Shown here: positions 8,869 through 16,608 of the stretch, piece by piece
Position numbering within the stretch: position 1 is the stretch's first letter
How the letters are laid out: each line of letters starts with the position of its first letter
NCBI GenBank assembly: GCA_037481775.1
Contig: JBBFKZ010000025.1
Coordinates: 1 to 20,933 of the forward strand
Length of the DNA: 20,933 bases
Direction of reading: 5' to 3'
DNA from: Candidatus Bathyarchaeia archaeon
Lineage (GTDB): Archaea > Thermoproteota > Bathyarchaeia > Bathyarchaeales > Bathycorpusculaceae
Translations under genes and position numbers: made by a program
The notes under the pieces: model-generated
The model's input: the letters and a program-made list of their open reading frames with translations, nothing else
Told to the model about the DNA's origin: nothing
Database searches by the model: none

Positions 8869-9357
8869 TTGATGGATGATCAGTTAAAAGTTTTGAAGGT
8901 TATGAGTGAAGTCACCAGCCGCGTTGACATGAACAGTTTCGCGCAGATGGTTGGTTTAGACATTGAAGAAACAATACAACGCATGCAAGACCTTGCCAGC
9001 GCCGGGTTCATACGGAGAACAAACGGCGGATATAGCATAACGGAAAAGGGCAAGGCCCTGTTAAAAGCTATTGCGCCGATTCCAAAGGAATTAGCTTTTC
9101 ACTTTTACACAGCCATCGGCCAGCCAACTGGTTTCTCAGCAGAAAGCCTCAAAGACTTCTACGAAATAGTTAAACGCGCCGCAGTTGAATCATTGGAGTT
9201 TCATCTGTACAGAGAAGATTTTGAAAACTGGATAAAAACAGTATTCGAAGATGCAACGCTGGCTACGGCGTTCGCTGATCTAAGGGCCTCGCAGCTGAAA
9301 GGCGAAGAACTCAGACAGGCAATTCTAAAGGCAATAGTAGCAAAATTCAACCTTTAA
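8869..9357 (+). CDS. Winged-helix + DUF5752-like domain protein (putative regulator)
   Basis: N-terminal wHTH pattern (LASAGFI...YSITEKGK). C-terminal FHFYTAIGQPTG..SL.DF..SLEFHLYREDFENWI resembles DUF5752. SD GAGGTGA at 8855-8861. Confidence 0.75.
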   Translation: MMDDQLKVLKVMSEVTSRVDMNSFAQMVGLDIEETIQRMQDLASAGFIRRTNGGYSITEKGKALLKAIAPIPKELAFHFYTAIGQPTGFSAESLKDFYEIVKRAAVESLEFHLYREDFENWIKTVFEDATLATAFADLRASQLKGEELRQAILKAIVAKFNL

Positions 9358-9371
9358 GTCCCATTTCCCCA

Positions 9372-9839
9372 TTAAGGTACCCGCGTCTTTTCATTCTCAA
9401 GCTTAAGCCACCAACCGGGCACCTTGGCGTCTTTAGCGGCGTCCCACGGGTCAAAGGGCTTCAAGTCAAGAACAGGTGTGCCGTCAAACGCGTCAAGACC
9501 ACGGACCTTTAAAACGTTACCTTCAACCTTGATAAGCTCAACCAAGGTTAACCCAATAGGATTCGGGCGATACATTGTCCGCGTGGCAAAAGCACCCAGC
9601 AGCGGCAAGTCAACTCTGCCACGGGGATGAACCTTCAACCTCACTTCGCCGCGGCTAACCTGATTAAGCCAATATAACACAAACAGATGCGAAAAGCCGT
9701 CAATGCCCTCCAACGCTTCCACAAGCTCGCCTTTGATAATTATCTGCGAGATTCTTTGTTTATCCCTTACTTCGGCGCCGACAGCCTCAGTTTTGACGTA
9801 TCCAATGGGCTTAAGAACAATTTTCAAGTCACGCGGCAT
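9372..9839 (-). CDS. tsaA: tRNA (t6A37) N6-methyltransferase TrmO/TsaA family, single domain
   Basis: LKPIG, GFSHL, HPRG, FATR..RPNPIGLT, GLDAFDGTPVLDLKP. Start set at ATG 9839 with SD GGAG and minus-strand TATA TTATATAA at 9875-9882. Confidence 0.9.
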   Translation of the reverse strand: MPRDLKIVLKPIGYVKTEAVGAEVRDKQRISQIIIKGELVEALEGIDGFSHLFVLYWLNQVSRGEVRLKVHPRGRVDLPLLGAFATRTMYRPNPIGLTLVELIKVEGNVLKVRGLDAFDGTPVLDLKPFDPWDAAKDAKVPGWWLKLENEKTRVP

Positions 9840-9990
9840 AAATGCTGCTCTCCGCCTTCTAAGACACATGAAACTTATATAAGCCTTCGAATTCCCAAAA
9901 TTTATCAGGACACCATAAAGGTAATACTGCGCAGCTTGGAACCGCAAGCTCTATATTTCCTATTGAAACTTCATTTAGAAGACCCACAGC

Positions 9991-10068
9991 GGGCCCGTAG
10001 CTCAGTAAGGTTAGAGCGGCGGACTCTTAATCCGTAGGTCGCGGGTTCAATTCCCGTCGGGCCCGCCA
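9991..10068 (+). tRNA. tRNA-Lys(CUU), intronless, CCA encoded
   Basis: Acceptor GGGCCCG/CGGGCCC; D arm GCTC/GAGC; anticodon arm GCGGA-CT-CTT-AA-TCCGT (anticodon 10026-10028); T arm GCGGG-TTCAATT-CCCGT; discriminator G followed by CCA. Confidence 0.97.
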
Positions 10069-10254
10069 ACAACATTTCTATTTGTCTGTCTACGTTCAAA
10101 AACAGTCTTCATATTTGGCGCATATTAGCGATTCAATGCAGAAACCTATAGAGGGGCTATCACGGCGGCAACAAGGCGGATTCCAGTCTTGTTGTAGCGA
10201 TGCATTTTATAAGAGCAAAGTAAATAAGAAAAGCCGAAACAAGGTGTTACATGA

Positions 10255-11316
10255 ATGTCGAAAATTAAAGTTGCCATAGCGGGTGTAGGAAACTGCGCCT
10301 CAGCTTTTATTCAAGGCTTACGCTACTATGACGTTTTTACAGAAAATCCGGTGGGGCTTCGCCATCCGCAACTAGGCGGATACAAACCCCGCGATATCCA
10401 GGTTGTTGCTGCATTTGATGTGGACAGCCGCAAAGTTGGAAAAGACTTGGCTGAGGCCATATTCGCCGAACCGAACAATGCGCCAAGAGTCATAGATGTC
10501 CCGCGGACAGGGGTAACCGTGCAGAAAGGGCCGCTGCTTGACGGCGTCGGCGAAAACACTCGCAAGATCATAGAGCCCAGCAGTCAGCCCGAGGTAAACG
10601 TGGCTAAAGCGCTCTGTGAAGTAGGTGCAGAGGTGCTTGTAAACTTGCTTCCAAGCGGGGCTAAGAGCGCCTCACAGTATTATGCGGAGCAAGCTTTGGC
10701 GGCGAACTGTGCTTTTGTAAACGCTACACCGAACTTCATTGCCAGCGATGAAGCGTGGGCAAAGAAATTTGAAAACACAGGGCTACCAGTAGTCGGTGAC
10801 GACCTAATTGATCAAGTAGGCTCAACAACGCTGCATAAAACGTTGCTTAAGCTGCTCTCAGATCATGGCGTGAAAATCACGGAAACGTATCAGCTTGATG
10901 TCGGCGGAGGGACAGAATCGCTAGACACCATGGATCGCACACGCGAAACAAAACGCGCCATTAAAACACAGGCAGTAGCCAGCACGCTACCCTACAAGGC
11001 AGAAGTCGTGGCGGGCTCAACGGATTACGTGGATTTTCTCCAGAACAACCGTGACAGCTACTTCTGGATCAGTGGCGTCTACTTCTGCAACGCGCCGATG
11101 AGGATAGACCTAAAATTCAGCACGGTTGACGCGCCAAACGCTGGCTCTGTCCTCTTTGACACGGTAAGAGCCATGAAGATAGCGTTGAACAAGAAGCTTA
11201 AGGGCGCAATATTGCCTGTCTGCGCCTACGCATTTAAACGACCACCACAGATGCTGCCGCTTGAAGCCGCAGAAGAAATGTTCAAGATGTTCGTTAAAGA
11301 AAACAGTTCACCGTGA
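10255..11316 (+). CDS. Myo-inositol-1-phosphate synthase (Ino1) family protein, divergent
   Basis: IKVAIAGVGNCAS (NAD binding), VAAFDVD..KVG.DL, FVNATP, GDD, DAPNAG, AYAFKRPP. TATA TTTTATAA at 10205-10212. Confidence 0.85.
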   Translation: MSKIKVAIAGVGNCASAFIQGLRYYDVFTENPVGLRHPQLGGYKPRDIQVVAAFDVDSRKVGKDLAEAIFAEPNNAPRVIDVPRTGVTVQKGPLLDGVGENTRKIIEPSSQPEVNVAKALCEVGAEVLVNLLPSGAKSASQYYAEQALAANCAFVNATPNFIASDEAWAKKFENTGLPVVGDDLIDQVGSTTLHKTLLKLLSDHGVKITETYQLDVGGGTESLDTMDRTRETKRAIKTQAVASTLPYKAEVVAGSTDYVDFLQNNRDSYFWISGVYFCNAPMRIDLKFSTVDAPNAGSVLFDTVRAMKIALNKKLKGAILPVCAYAFKRPPQMLPLEAAEEMFKMFVKENSSP

Positions 11317-12468
11317 AGCAGCAAGCCGCTCCAGCGCACAGATTATTTTCTCTTTTGTTCCGCTCTGCCTCATTTTCTCTTTCAACAACGTTATATTGGC
11401 CACTGGCGTAGGATCCACATTGCGAAGAACAGCCAAGTAGACGCTTGTGAAATCGCCTATGCAGACAGCAGACAACATTCGGGCAAGCACACTTCTGCCT
11501 TGAGCCCACACTTCGAAATGCTTCGAGGCAGCGGGCATAAGCTCTTGGGTTATTTCGATTCTACTACGTACCTCGCTAGGCTCATCCCTATCTCTCAGGA
11601 ATATTGCAGAAAAGCACTTTGCCAGCTTATCGGCCTTTTCCCATCCCACAATCTCGTTGTGATTGAGTTCAGGCAGAAACTCCCATTTCGAAGGAACCTT
11701 ACTGTTCTCATTGAACTGCTGCTTAAAACGTTGCGCCACACCACGGTAAAAGCCAAACCCGTAAACCACAGGCACTGTCCCAGCAATTCCTAAAGCCAAC
11801 TTCTTCGCAAAATTATCCTTCACGGGCACATCGGCCGCGTTTTCTCTGCAAATTCGCTCCAACAGCGGCAAAGCCTCCGCGAGCTCCTCATGCACGCCAG
11901 CGACAAGACGCGTATTTTCCAGCAACATAAGCAGAGGCACAAATAGGTAAGGCAGTGCTGCACGCGGCGGAAAACCAGAAGGCACACGAATATGCGGCAA
12001 ATCCAGCTTTTCAGCAAAACGGAGAAGACTACCGCCGGAACTTACACAGAAAACCATGCAGCCGCGTTTAACTGCATCCAAAAAAGCGCTGAGAGTTTCC
12101 TCTGTTTCCCCTGAATAGCTCACCAGCACCACAAGAGTATGCTCGTGAGCGTAGGCGGGCAGTTCATATGCTCTGCAAACGTCTATAGGCACTTGCACTT
12201 TGCTGCTTGCCCAGTCCTTGAGCAGCTCGCCGCCTATTGCGGAACCACCCATGCCAGCCACAACAACATTATCCACATGATTGTAGGACACCGAAAGGTG
12301 TTTAGCAATTTTGTAGGACACCGAGAGTTGTTCAGCAATTTTTGCGGCTTCACGATAATGCCCCGCGGCATTCATGCAGAAAGCCAGCATATTGCTCTTA
12401 TCAATTAAGCGTATTTTTTCGGGATTATCCAAAATTGACGCGGCCGCTTTGCTCATCAGATTACCCAC
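11308..12468 (-). CDS. Bifunctional phosphoglucose/phosphomannose isomerase (SIS)
   Basis: GMGGSAIGG, SYSGETEET, SSGG, PPRAA, KQQFNENSK, PELNHNEI. Start is GTG 12468 or ATG 12456. Confidence 0.95.
   Translation of the reverse strand: MGNLMSKAAASILDNPEKIRLIDKSNMLAFCMNAAGHYREAAKIAEQLSVSYKIAKHLSVSYNHVDNVVVAGMGGSAIGGELLKDWASSKVQVPIDVCRAYELPAYAHEHTLVVLVSYSGETEETLSAFLDAVKRGCMVFCVSSGGSLLRFAEKLDLPHIRVPSGFPPRAALPYLFVPLLMLLENTRLVAGVHEELAEALPLLERICRENAADVPVKDNFAKKLALGIAGTVPVVYGFGFYRGVAQRFKQQFNENSKVPSKWEFLPELNHNEIVGWEKADKLAKCFSAIFLRDRDEPSEVRSRIEITQELMPAASKHFEVWAQGRSVLARMLSAVCIGDFTSVYLAVLRNVDPTPVANITLLKEKMRQSGTKEKIICALERLAASR
12281..12340. repeat. 30-bp in-frame tandem duplication in PGI/PMI
   Basis: TTGTAGGACACCGAAAGGTGTTTAGCAATT and TTGTAGGACACCGAGAGTTGTTCAGCAATT, 27/30 identical. 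Confidence 0.95.
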
Positions 12469-12534
12469 AGTTTTATATCCAGACTTTTACTTTTAAGCTG
12501 AACGATAGGCTTTCTGGAAGGAGCTAAGCTGAAA

Positions 12535-13395
12535 ATGGGTAAGAATAAGTTGGCAGTCGCCATTCCCGCATCGGTTATTTCGGATACGCCGCATCTACGT
12601 GAAAAAACCTCAAAAATAGGCTTAATCGGCAGAGCCGCGGCGATCTTCAGAGTGAACGAAATCATAGTTTATCGTGATGAATCACAAGCAAACCAGCAAC
12701 CGCAAGCAGATTTAATCGTCACACTACTGAGATACATGGAGACGCCGCAGTATCTCAGAAAGCGACTATTCAAACTTGACCCGCGACTGAAGTACGTGGG
12801 AATAGTGCCACCGCTGCGAACACCTCATCATCCATTAAATAAGAAAATTGCGAACTTGAAGCTCGGCGAGTATCGTGAGGCTGTAGTAACAGCCGCAACG
12901 CCGGATGGCATGCTCGTGGATATAGGCGTTGAAGCGCCAGCGCTAATGCGTGGAAGACACATTGCGGTTGGCAAACGCTTGACAGTAAAAGTTGCCAAAA
13001 TTGACGGGCGGGTTGAGGTTCAAACTGCAAATCGAGAGGAAATCCCAGAATACTGGGGATATGAAGTGGCGCAAGTCATGGAAAACGATGCGTTATCAAG
13101 ACTTTTACTGAGCAGAAATTTTGATTTGAAGGTTGCCACTTCGAAAAAAGGCGTTAATTTCAGGGATGTTGCCGAAAAACTAGCGCAGAAATGGGAAAAG
13201 GCAAGCAGCATCCTCCTCTTGTTCGGCTCGCCTAAAAAGGGATTATACGAGTTAGCCAGCGAGTTGGAAATAAATCTTGACGCCCAAGCGGATTTTGTGT
13301 TGAACACTATTCCTGAGCAGGGAACGGAGACTGTGCGGACGGAAGAGGCGCTGCTTGCTACGCTTGCGGTTTTGAATGTGCAATTTGATGTTTAA
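12535..13395 (+). CDS. SPOUT RNA methyltransferase, DUF171 (MTH1/C9orf114-like) family
   Basis: IAIP-like VAIPASV, KIGLIGRAAAIFRV, YMETPQYLRK, PPLRTPHH, YWGY, FGSP, NTIPEQGTETVRTEEA. Confidence 0.92.
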   Translation: MGKNKLAVAIPASVISDTPHLREKTSKIGLIGRAAAIFRVNEIIVYRDESQANQQPQADLIVTLLRYMETPQYLRKRLFKLDPRLKYVGIVPPLRTPHHPLNKKIANLKLGEYREAVVTAATPDGMLVDIGVEAPALMRGRHIAVGKRLTVKVAKIDGRVEVQTANREEIPEYWGYEVAQVMENDALSRLLLSRNFDLKVATSKKGVNFRDVAEKLAQKWEKASSILLLFGSPKKGLYELASELEINLDAQADFVLNTIPEQGTETVRTEEALLATLAVLNVQFDV

Positions 13396-13397
13396 GC

Positions 13398-13405
13398 TTT
13401 AAATG
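13398..13405 (+). promoter_or_regulatory. TATA box suggesting a leaderless mRNA for the GxGD protease
   Basis: TTTAAATG ends 23 nt before ATG 13428, and no SD is visible. Confidence 0.45.
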
Positions 13406-13427
13406 CTTGTTTTGATTATGACTCTTC

Positions 13428-14423
13428 ATGCTTTCATTCGACATCGTCATGCCCGCAACACTGTTCAGTGTAACTCTTATCGCCATATTGCTGAATAAAC
13501 GAATTGAAAGCAAACTGAAAACAACTTTCGAAGAGAGAGAATTTCGCATTCGAGACGCAATCTTGCTTGTAGCCATGATAAGCATAGCAATTTCATTGAT
13601 AATTTTTGTCCCACAAGAAACCATAACAATAGTTTTCCTCTCTGCCTACTCAGCATTACTCTTCATTTTTTCGTACACCTTTTCGGGCATGCAAAAAAAG
13701 AGAGCACAGCTGTTCTGCCTGCTTTTCGGGTTAACCGCCTTGGCTGTTGGAACCACTGCTCTGTTAGACCCGTTCACGGACAACTGGCTGTTCACTGGAG
13801 GCTTAGCAGCCTATGGCTTGGCAACTTTCGCTTTTCTTGCCATCTTATATGAGCAACGGAGAAAAGGTGCTGGAGAAAGATGGTACACAGCGGTCTTGCC
13901 GCCAGCCTTCTTCCTGCTGCTTTACCTATTTTACAGAGGCACCCCCATCTGGGTTCCGTATTTCTTTAACGTTTTTGCAATAACATTCGCCGTTCTGATA
14001 ACGCTTTACTTGGCTTCTTTGTTCACGTGGAAAATCGTACTCATTTTCGCCGGACTACTAACTGTGATGGATATAATTCTAGTGTTTGGAACAAGAACGA
14101 TGGGACAAGCCGCGGTAACCCTCCTTGACTTGCGCCTTCCAATTGCAGTAGTACTACCTCGCATTCCGATACAAGATGCACTCCGCTTCAGCGCTTTAGG
14201 GTTAGGCGACTTCTTCTTCGCAGGGCTACTGGCCACTCAAACCTACAAGAAATTCGACCAAAAAACTGCAGTGACCTCAGCGCTGATTATGGCGTTTTCT
14301 CTGGGAGTAACATACGTAATCCAAGTATACTATGAAATAGAATTTTTCCCCGCTACATTAAGTATTATCTGCGGTTGGCTACCTGTTATAATATGGAAAA
14401 TGACTACAAAAAGAAAAACCTAA
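13428..14423 (+). CDS. Presenilin/signal peptide peptidase family (A22) intramembrane aspartyl protease
   Basis: Polytopic hydrophobic protein. First Asp in LTVMDIILVFGT, GxGD motif in LGLGDFFFAG, PAL-like FPAT near the C-terminus. Confidence 0.9.
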   Translation: MLSFDIVMPATLFSVTLIAILLNKRIESKLKTTFEEREFRIRDAILLVAMISIAISLIIFVPQETITIVFLSAYSALLFIFSYTFSGMQKKRAQLFCLLFGLTALAVGTTALLDPFTDNWLFTGGLAAYGLATFAFLAILYEQRRKGAGERWYTAVLPPAFFLLLYLFYRGTPIWVPYFFNVFAITFAVLITLYLASLFTWKIVLIFAGLLTVMDIILVFGTRTMGQAAVTLLDLRLPIAVVLPRIPIQDALRFSALGLGDFFFAGLLATQTYKKFDQKTAVTSALIMAFSLGVTYVIQVYYEIEFFPATLSIICGWLPVIIWKMTTKRKT

Positions 14424-14460
14424 AAAACAGATGGCAACTTGAAGAAATAAAAAGCAGATT

Positions 14461-14781
14461 TTAGCCGAAGAGAGCACCTAAACCTTCGAGCGCTGCTTCT
14501 TCTTTGGCTTTTTCTTCTTCAGCTTTCTTCTTTTCATCTTCTTTCGGTTTTTGCTCTGCGGCAGGTGCTGCAGCTGTAGGTGCGGCTGGTACGGCAGCCA
14601 TCATGGTAGGCGCGGACTTTATTGCTTCGTCAATGTTGACTTCGCTTAAAGAGGCTACAAGCGCCTTTACTCTTACAGCGTCAACGTTTATTCCCGCGGC
14701 TGTCAAAACGTTGGAGACGTTTGCTTCGTTTATTTCTTTTCCTGCTTTGTGAAGTAACATAGCAGCGTAAATGTATTCCAT
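14461..14781 (-). CDS. rpl12: 50S ribosomal stalk protein L12/P1 (archaeal)
   Basis: [19 protein letters not shown], Ala/Pro hinge, acidic region, C-terminal GLGALFG. SD GAGGTGA. Confidence 0.98.
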   Translation of the reverse strand: MEYIYAAMLLHKAGKEINEANVSNVLTAAGINVDAVRVKALVASLSEVNIDEAIKSAPTMMAAVPAAPTAAAPAAEQKPKEDEKKKAEEEKAKEEAALEGLGALFG

Positions 14782-14821
14782 ACTTTTTCACCTCTTCATT
14801 CAACTATTTTAACTTTTTCTG

Positions 14822-14885
14822 GTTAATACCGCCTTTCCACCTAAGGGGTACGCGCTAACACTTAAAGATAGGCAGTACCGTTAAC
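14822..14885 (-). promoter_or_regulatory. Long hairpin in the inferred rpl12 5' leader
   Basis: Minus strand GUUAA-cgg-UACUGCCU...AGGCGGUA-UUAAC (5+8 bp), with further inner pairing UUAAG/CUUAG. Candidate BRE/TATA CGAAAGG-TTCTTAAG at about 14917-14932. Confidence 0.45.
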
Positions 14886-15082
14886 GTTTTCTTGCCGTGT
14901 AGAAAAATGCCTAATGGCTTAAGAACCTTTCGTTTCACTTGGTGCATCTTTTTCTGAACAAATCGGTGTAAAAGCAGTAAAGGCAACGTAGATAGCGAAA
15001 TCGCCAACTCAGGCAAGCGCAAGTGCCCGAAGTATAGCAAAGTTTAATGTGTACAACTGCGTAATGGGTATTCTTGATGGTT

Positions 15083-15691
15083 ATGAAGGTTCTTGGTATC
15101 TGCGGCAGCCCACGCCAGCAAGCCACCGAGTATGTCCTCTCTGAAGCCCTTCGCATTTTGGAAGAAAAAGGCTTCGAGACCGAACTGTGGACTGTTAGGG
15201 GAAAAGAAATCGGCTTCTGCACACACTGCGATTACTGCTTGGTGGAAAAGCAGTGCGTAATACAGGACGACATGCAGGAGCTTTACGTGTTGCTTACCGA
15301 GGCAAAAGGTATAATCATGGCCACGCCCGTGTATAATGGCGGCGTAAGCGCTCAGATCAAAGCAGTTATGGATAGAACCCGCGCTGCAGTTGCTTCAGAT
15401 GCAAATATCTTTAAAGGCAAAATTGGCATGGGCATTGCAGTCGGCGGTGACAGGGCAGGCGGTCAGGAGCTTGCGTTAATTCAGATTCACACCTTCTTTA
15501 TTCTCAATAGCATCATACCGGTTAGCGGTGGGTATTTCGGCGCGAACCTAGGCGCGACAGTCTGGTCAAAAGACACGCTAGAAGGCGTAAAAAGTGATGA
15601 GGAAGGCCTCAGAAGCCTAAGGAAAACGGTGAAAAAGTTCGCCGAGTTCCTTAAAGAATACGAAGCTAGAAAAGCTGAAGGGAGCCGCTGA
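15083..15691 (+). CDS. Iron-sulfur flavoprotein (Isf; flavodoxin/WrbA-like)
   Basis: MKVLGICGSPR, Cx2Cx2Cx5C (CTHCDYCLVEKQC), ATPVY, K.VMDR, GGDRAGGQE. Start may be 15074, 15077 or 15083. Confidence 0.9.
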   Translation: MKVLGICGSPRQQATEYVLSEALRILEEKGFETELWTVRGKEIGFCTHCDYCLVEKQCVIQDDMQELYVLLTEAKGIIMATPVYNGGVSAQIKAVMDRTRAAVASDANIFKGKIGMGIAVGGDRAGGQELALIQIHTFFILNSIIPVSGGYFGANLGATVWSKDTLEGVKSDEEGLRSLRKTVKKFAEFLKEYEARKAEGSR

Positions 15692-15696
15692 AAAAT

Positions 15697-16272
15697 ATGG
15701 TTGAACAAGATAAAGCTAAAAAGCGGAAGGTTGCTTGGGGAATAACTGGCGCTGGCGACAAAATCGCCGAGTTCATAGAAGAAATGAAAGAAATTCAAAA
15801 AGAATACGCGGAAACCGTGGAGATCCACGCTTTCCTCTCCAAAGCGGCGGAGCTCGTGCTAAAATACTATAAGCTGGAAGCGGATCTAAGACAAAGCTTT
15901 CAGAAAGTCTACGTGGAAATCAACTCTAACGCGCCTTTTCTCGCTGCGTGGATGCAGATGCGTAAATATGAGTTCCTTCTAATTGCGCCTGCCACGTCTA
16001 ATACTGTGGCCAAAATTGCGAACGGTATAGGTGACACCTTACTTACAAACGCGGCAATAATGAGCCTGAAGGCATTCGTGCCCGTTTACATTGCTCCAAC
16101 AGACTACAAAGTAGGCACAGTATCCACGAAGCTTCCTGACGGCAGAGAAATGAAGCTGAGGGTACGTCGAGAAGAAGTCGAGCATGTTGAGAAGCTGAAA
16201 AGAATGGAAGATGTATACGTACTTGAAGGGCCACAACAAATTCGCGAGGCTTTCCGAAAACATTTCGTTTAA
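15697..16272 (+). CDS. afpA: Archaeoflavoprotein AfpA (HFCD superfamily)
   Basis: VAWGITGAG, NSNAPFL, LIAPATSNTVAKIANGIGDTL, PTD, KLPDG. No ferredoxin insertion; 5 nt after isf. Confidence 0.85.
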   Translation: MVEQDKAKKRKVAWGITGAGDKIAEFIEEMKEIQKEYAETVEIHAFLSKAAELVLKYYKLEADLRQSFQKVYVEINSNAPFLAAWMQMRKYEFLLIAPATSNTVAKIANGIGDTLLTNAAIMSLKAFVPVYIAPTDYKVGTVSTKLPDGREMKLRVRREEVEHVEKLKRMEDVYVLEGPQQIREAFRKHFV

Positions 16273-16363
16273 ACGAAGCGCCAACTAAAACAGAACCGCG
16301 TTAGGGCTCACAAGCACGCTATTTTAGCCAACTCTGCTAACTTGAAAATTAAGCTAAAAACAA

Positions 16364-16520
16364 CTACAAAAGGTGAGAGGAAAAGCAAAAATCAGGCAGG
16401 TCCGCATCGCTCAAATATTGCTTATTATCAATTTCGGTATTTGCGTAAACAGCCTTTAAGCTGCTAGCCAAGATAAAAATTGTGGCGAATGATGCGATAA
16501 ACATGATTTTTCTTTTTCAT
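16364..16520 (-). pseudogene. Frameshifted N-terminal remnant of a secreted protein
   Basis: Perfect SD GGAGGTGA before ATG 16520. Removing one A from an A5 run gives MKKKIMFIASFATIFILASSLKAVYA-NTEIDNKQYLSDADLPDFCFSSHLL*. Confidence 0.6.
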
Positions 16521-16608
16521 TACCGTTTTCACCTCCGTTTCTGCTTTTTAACATTCTTCATTTCGAATGTCGGCGATGAAACATCTTCAACTTGAGCGTC
16601 GCTTGTTA

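Noticed and set aside
9991-10068. tRNA as an integration site, a pyrrolysine tRNA or an intron-containing tRNA
   Set aside because: I found no duplicate of its 3' end and no integrase. The anticodon is CUU, not CUA, and the cloverleaf is canonical without a BHB insert.
12281-12340. CRISPR-like 30-bp repeats
   Set aside because: Only two adjacent copies with no spacer, in frame within a CDS, and no cas genes.
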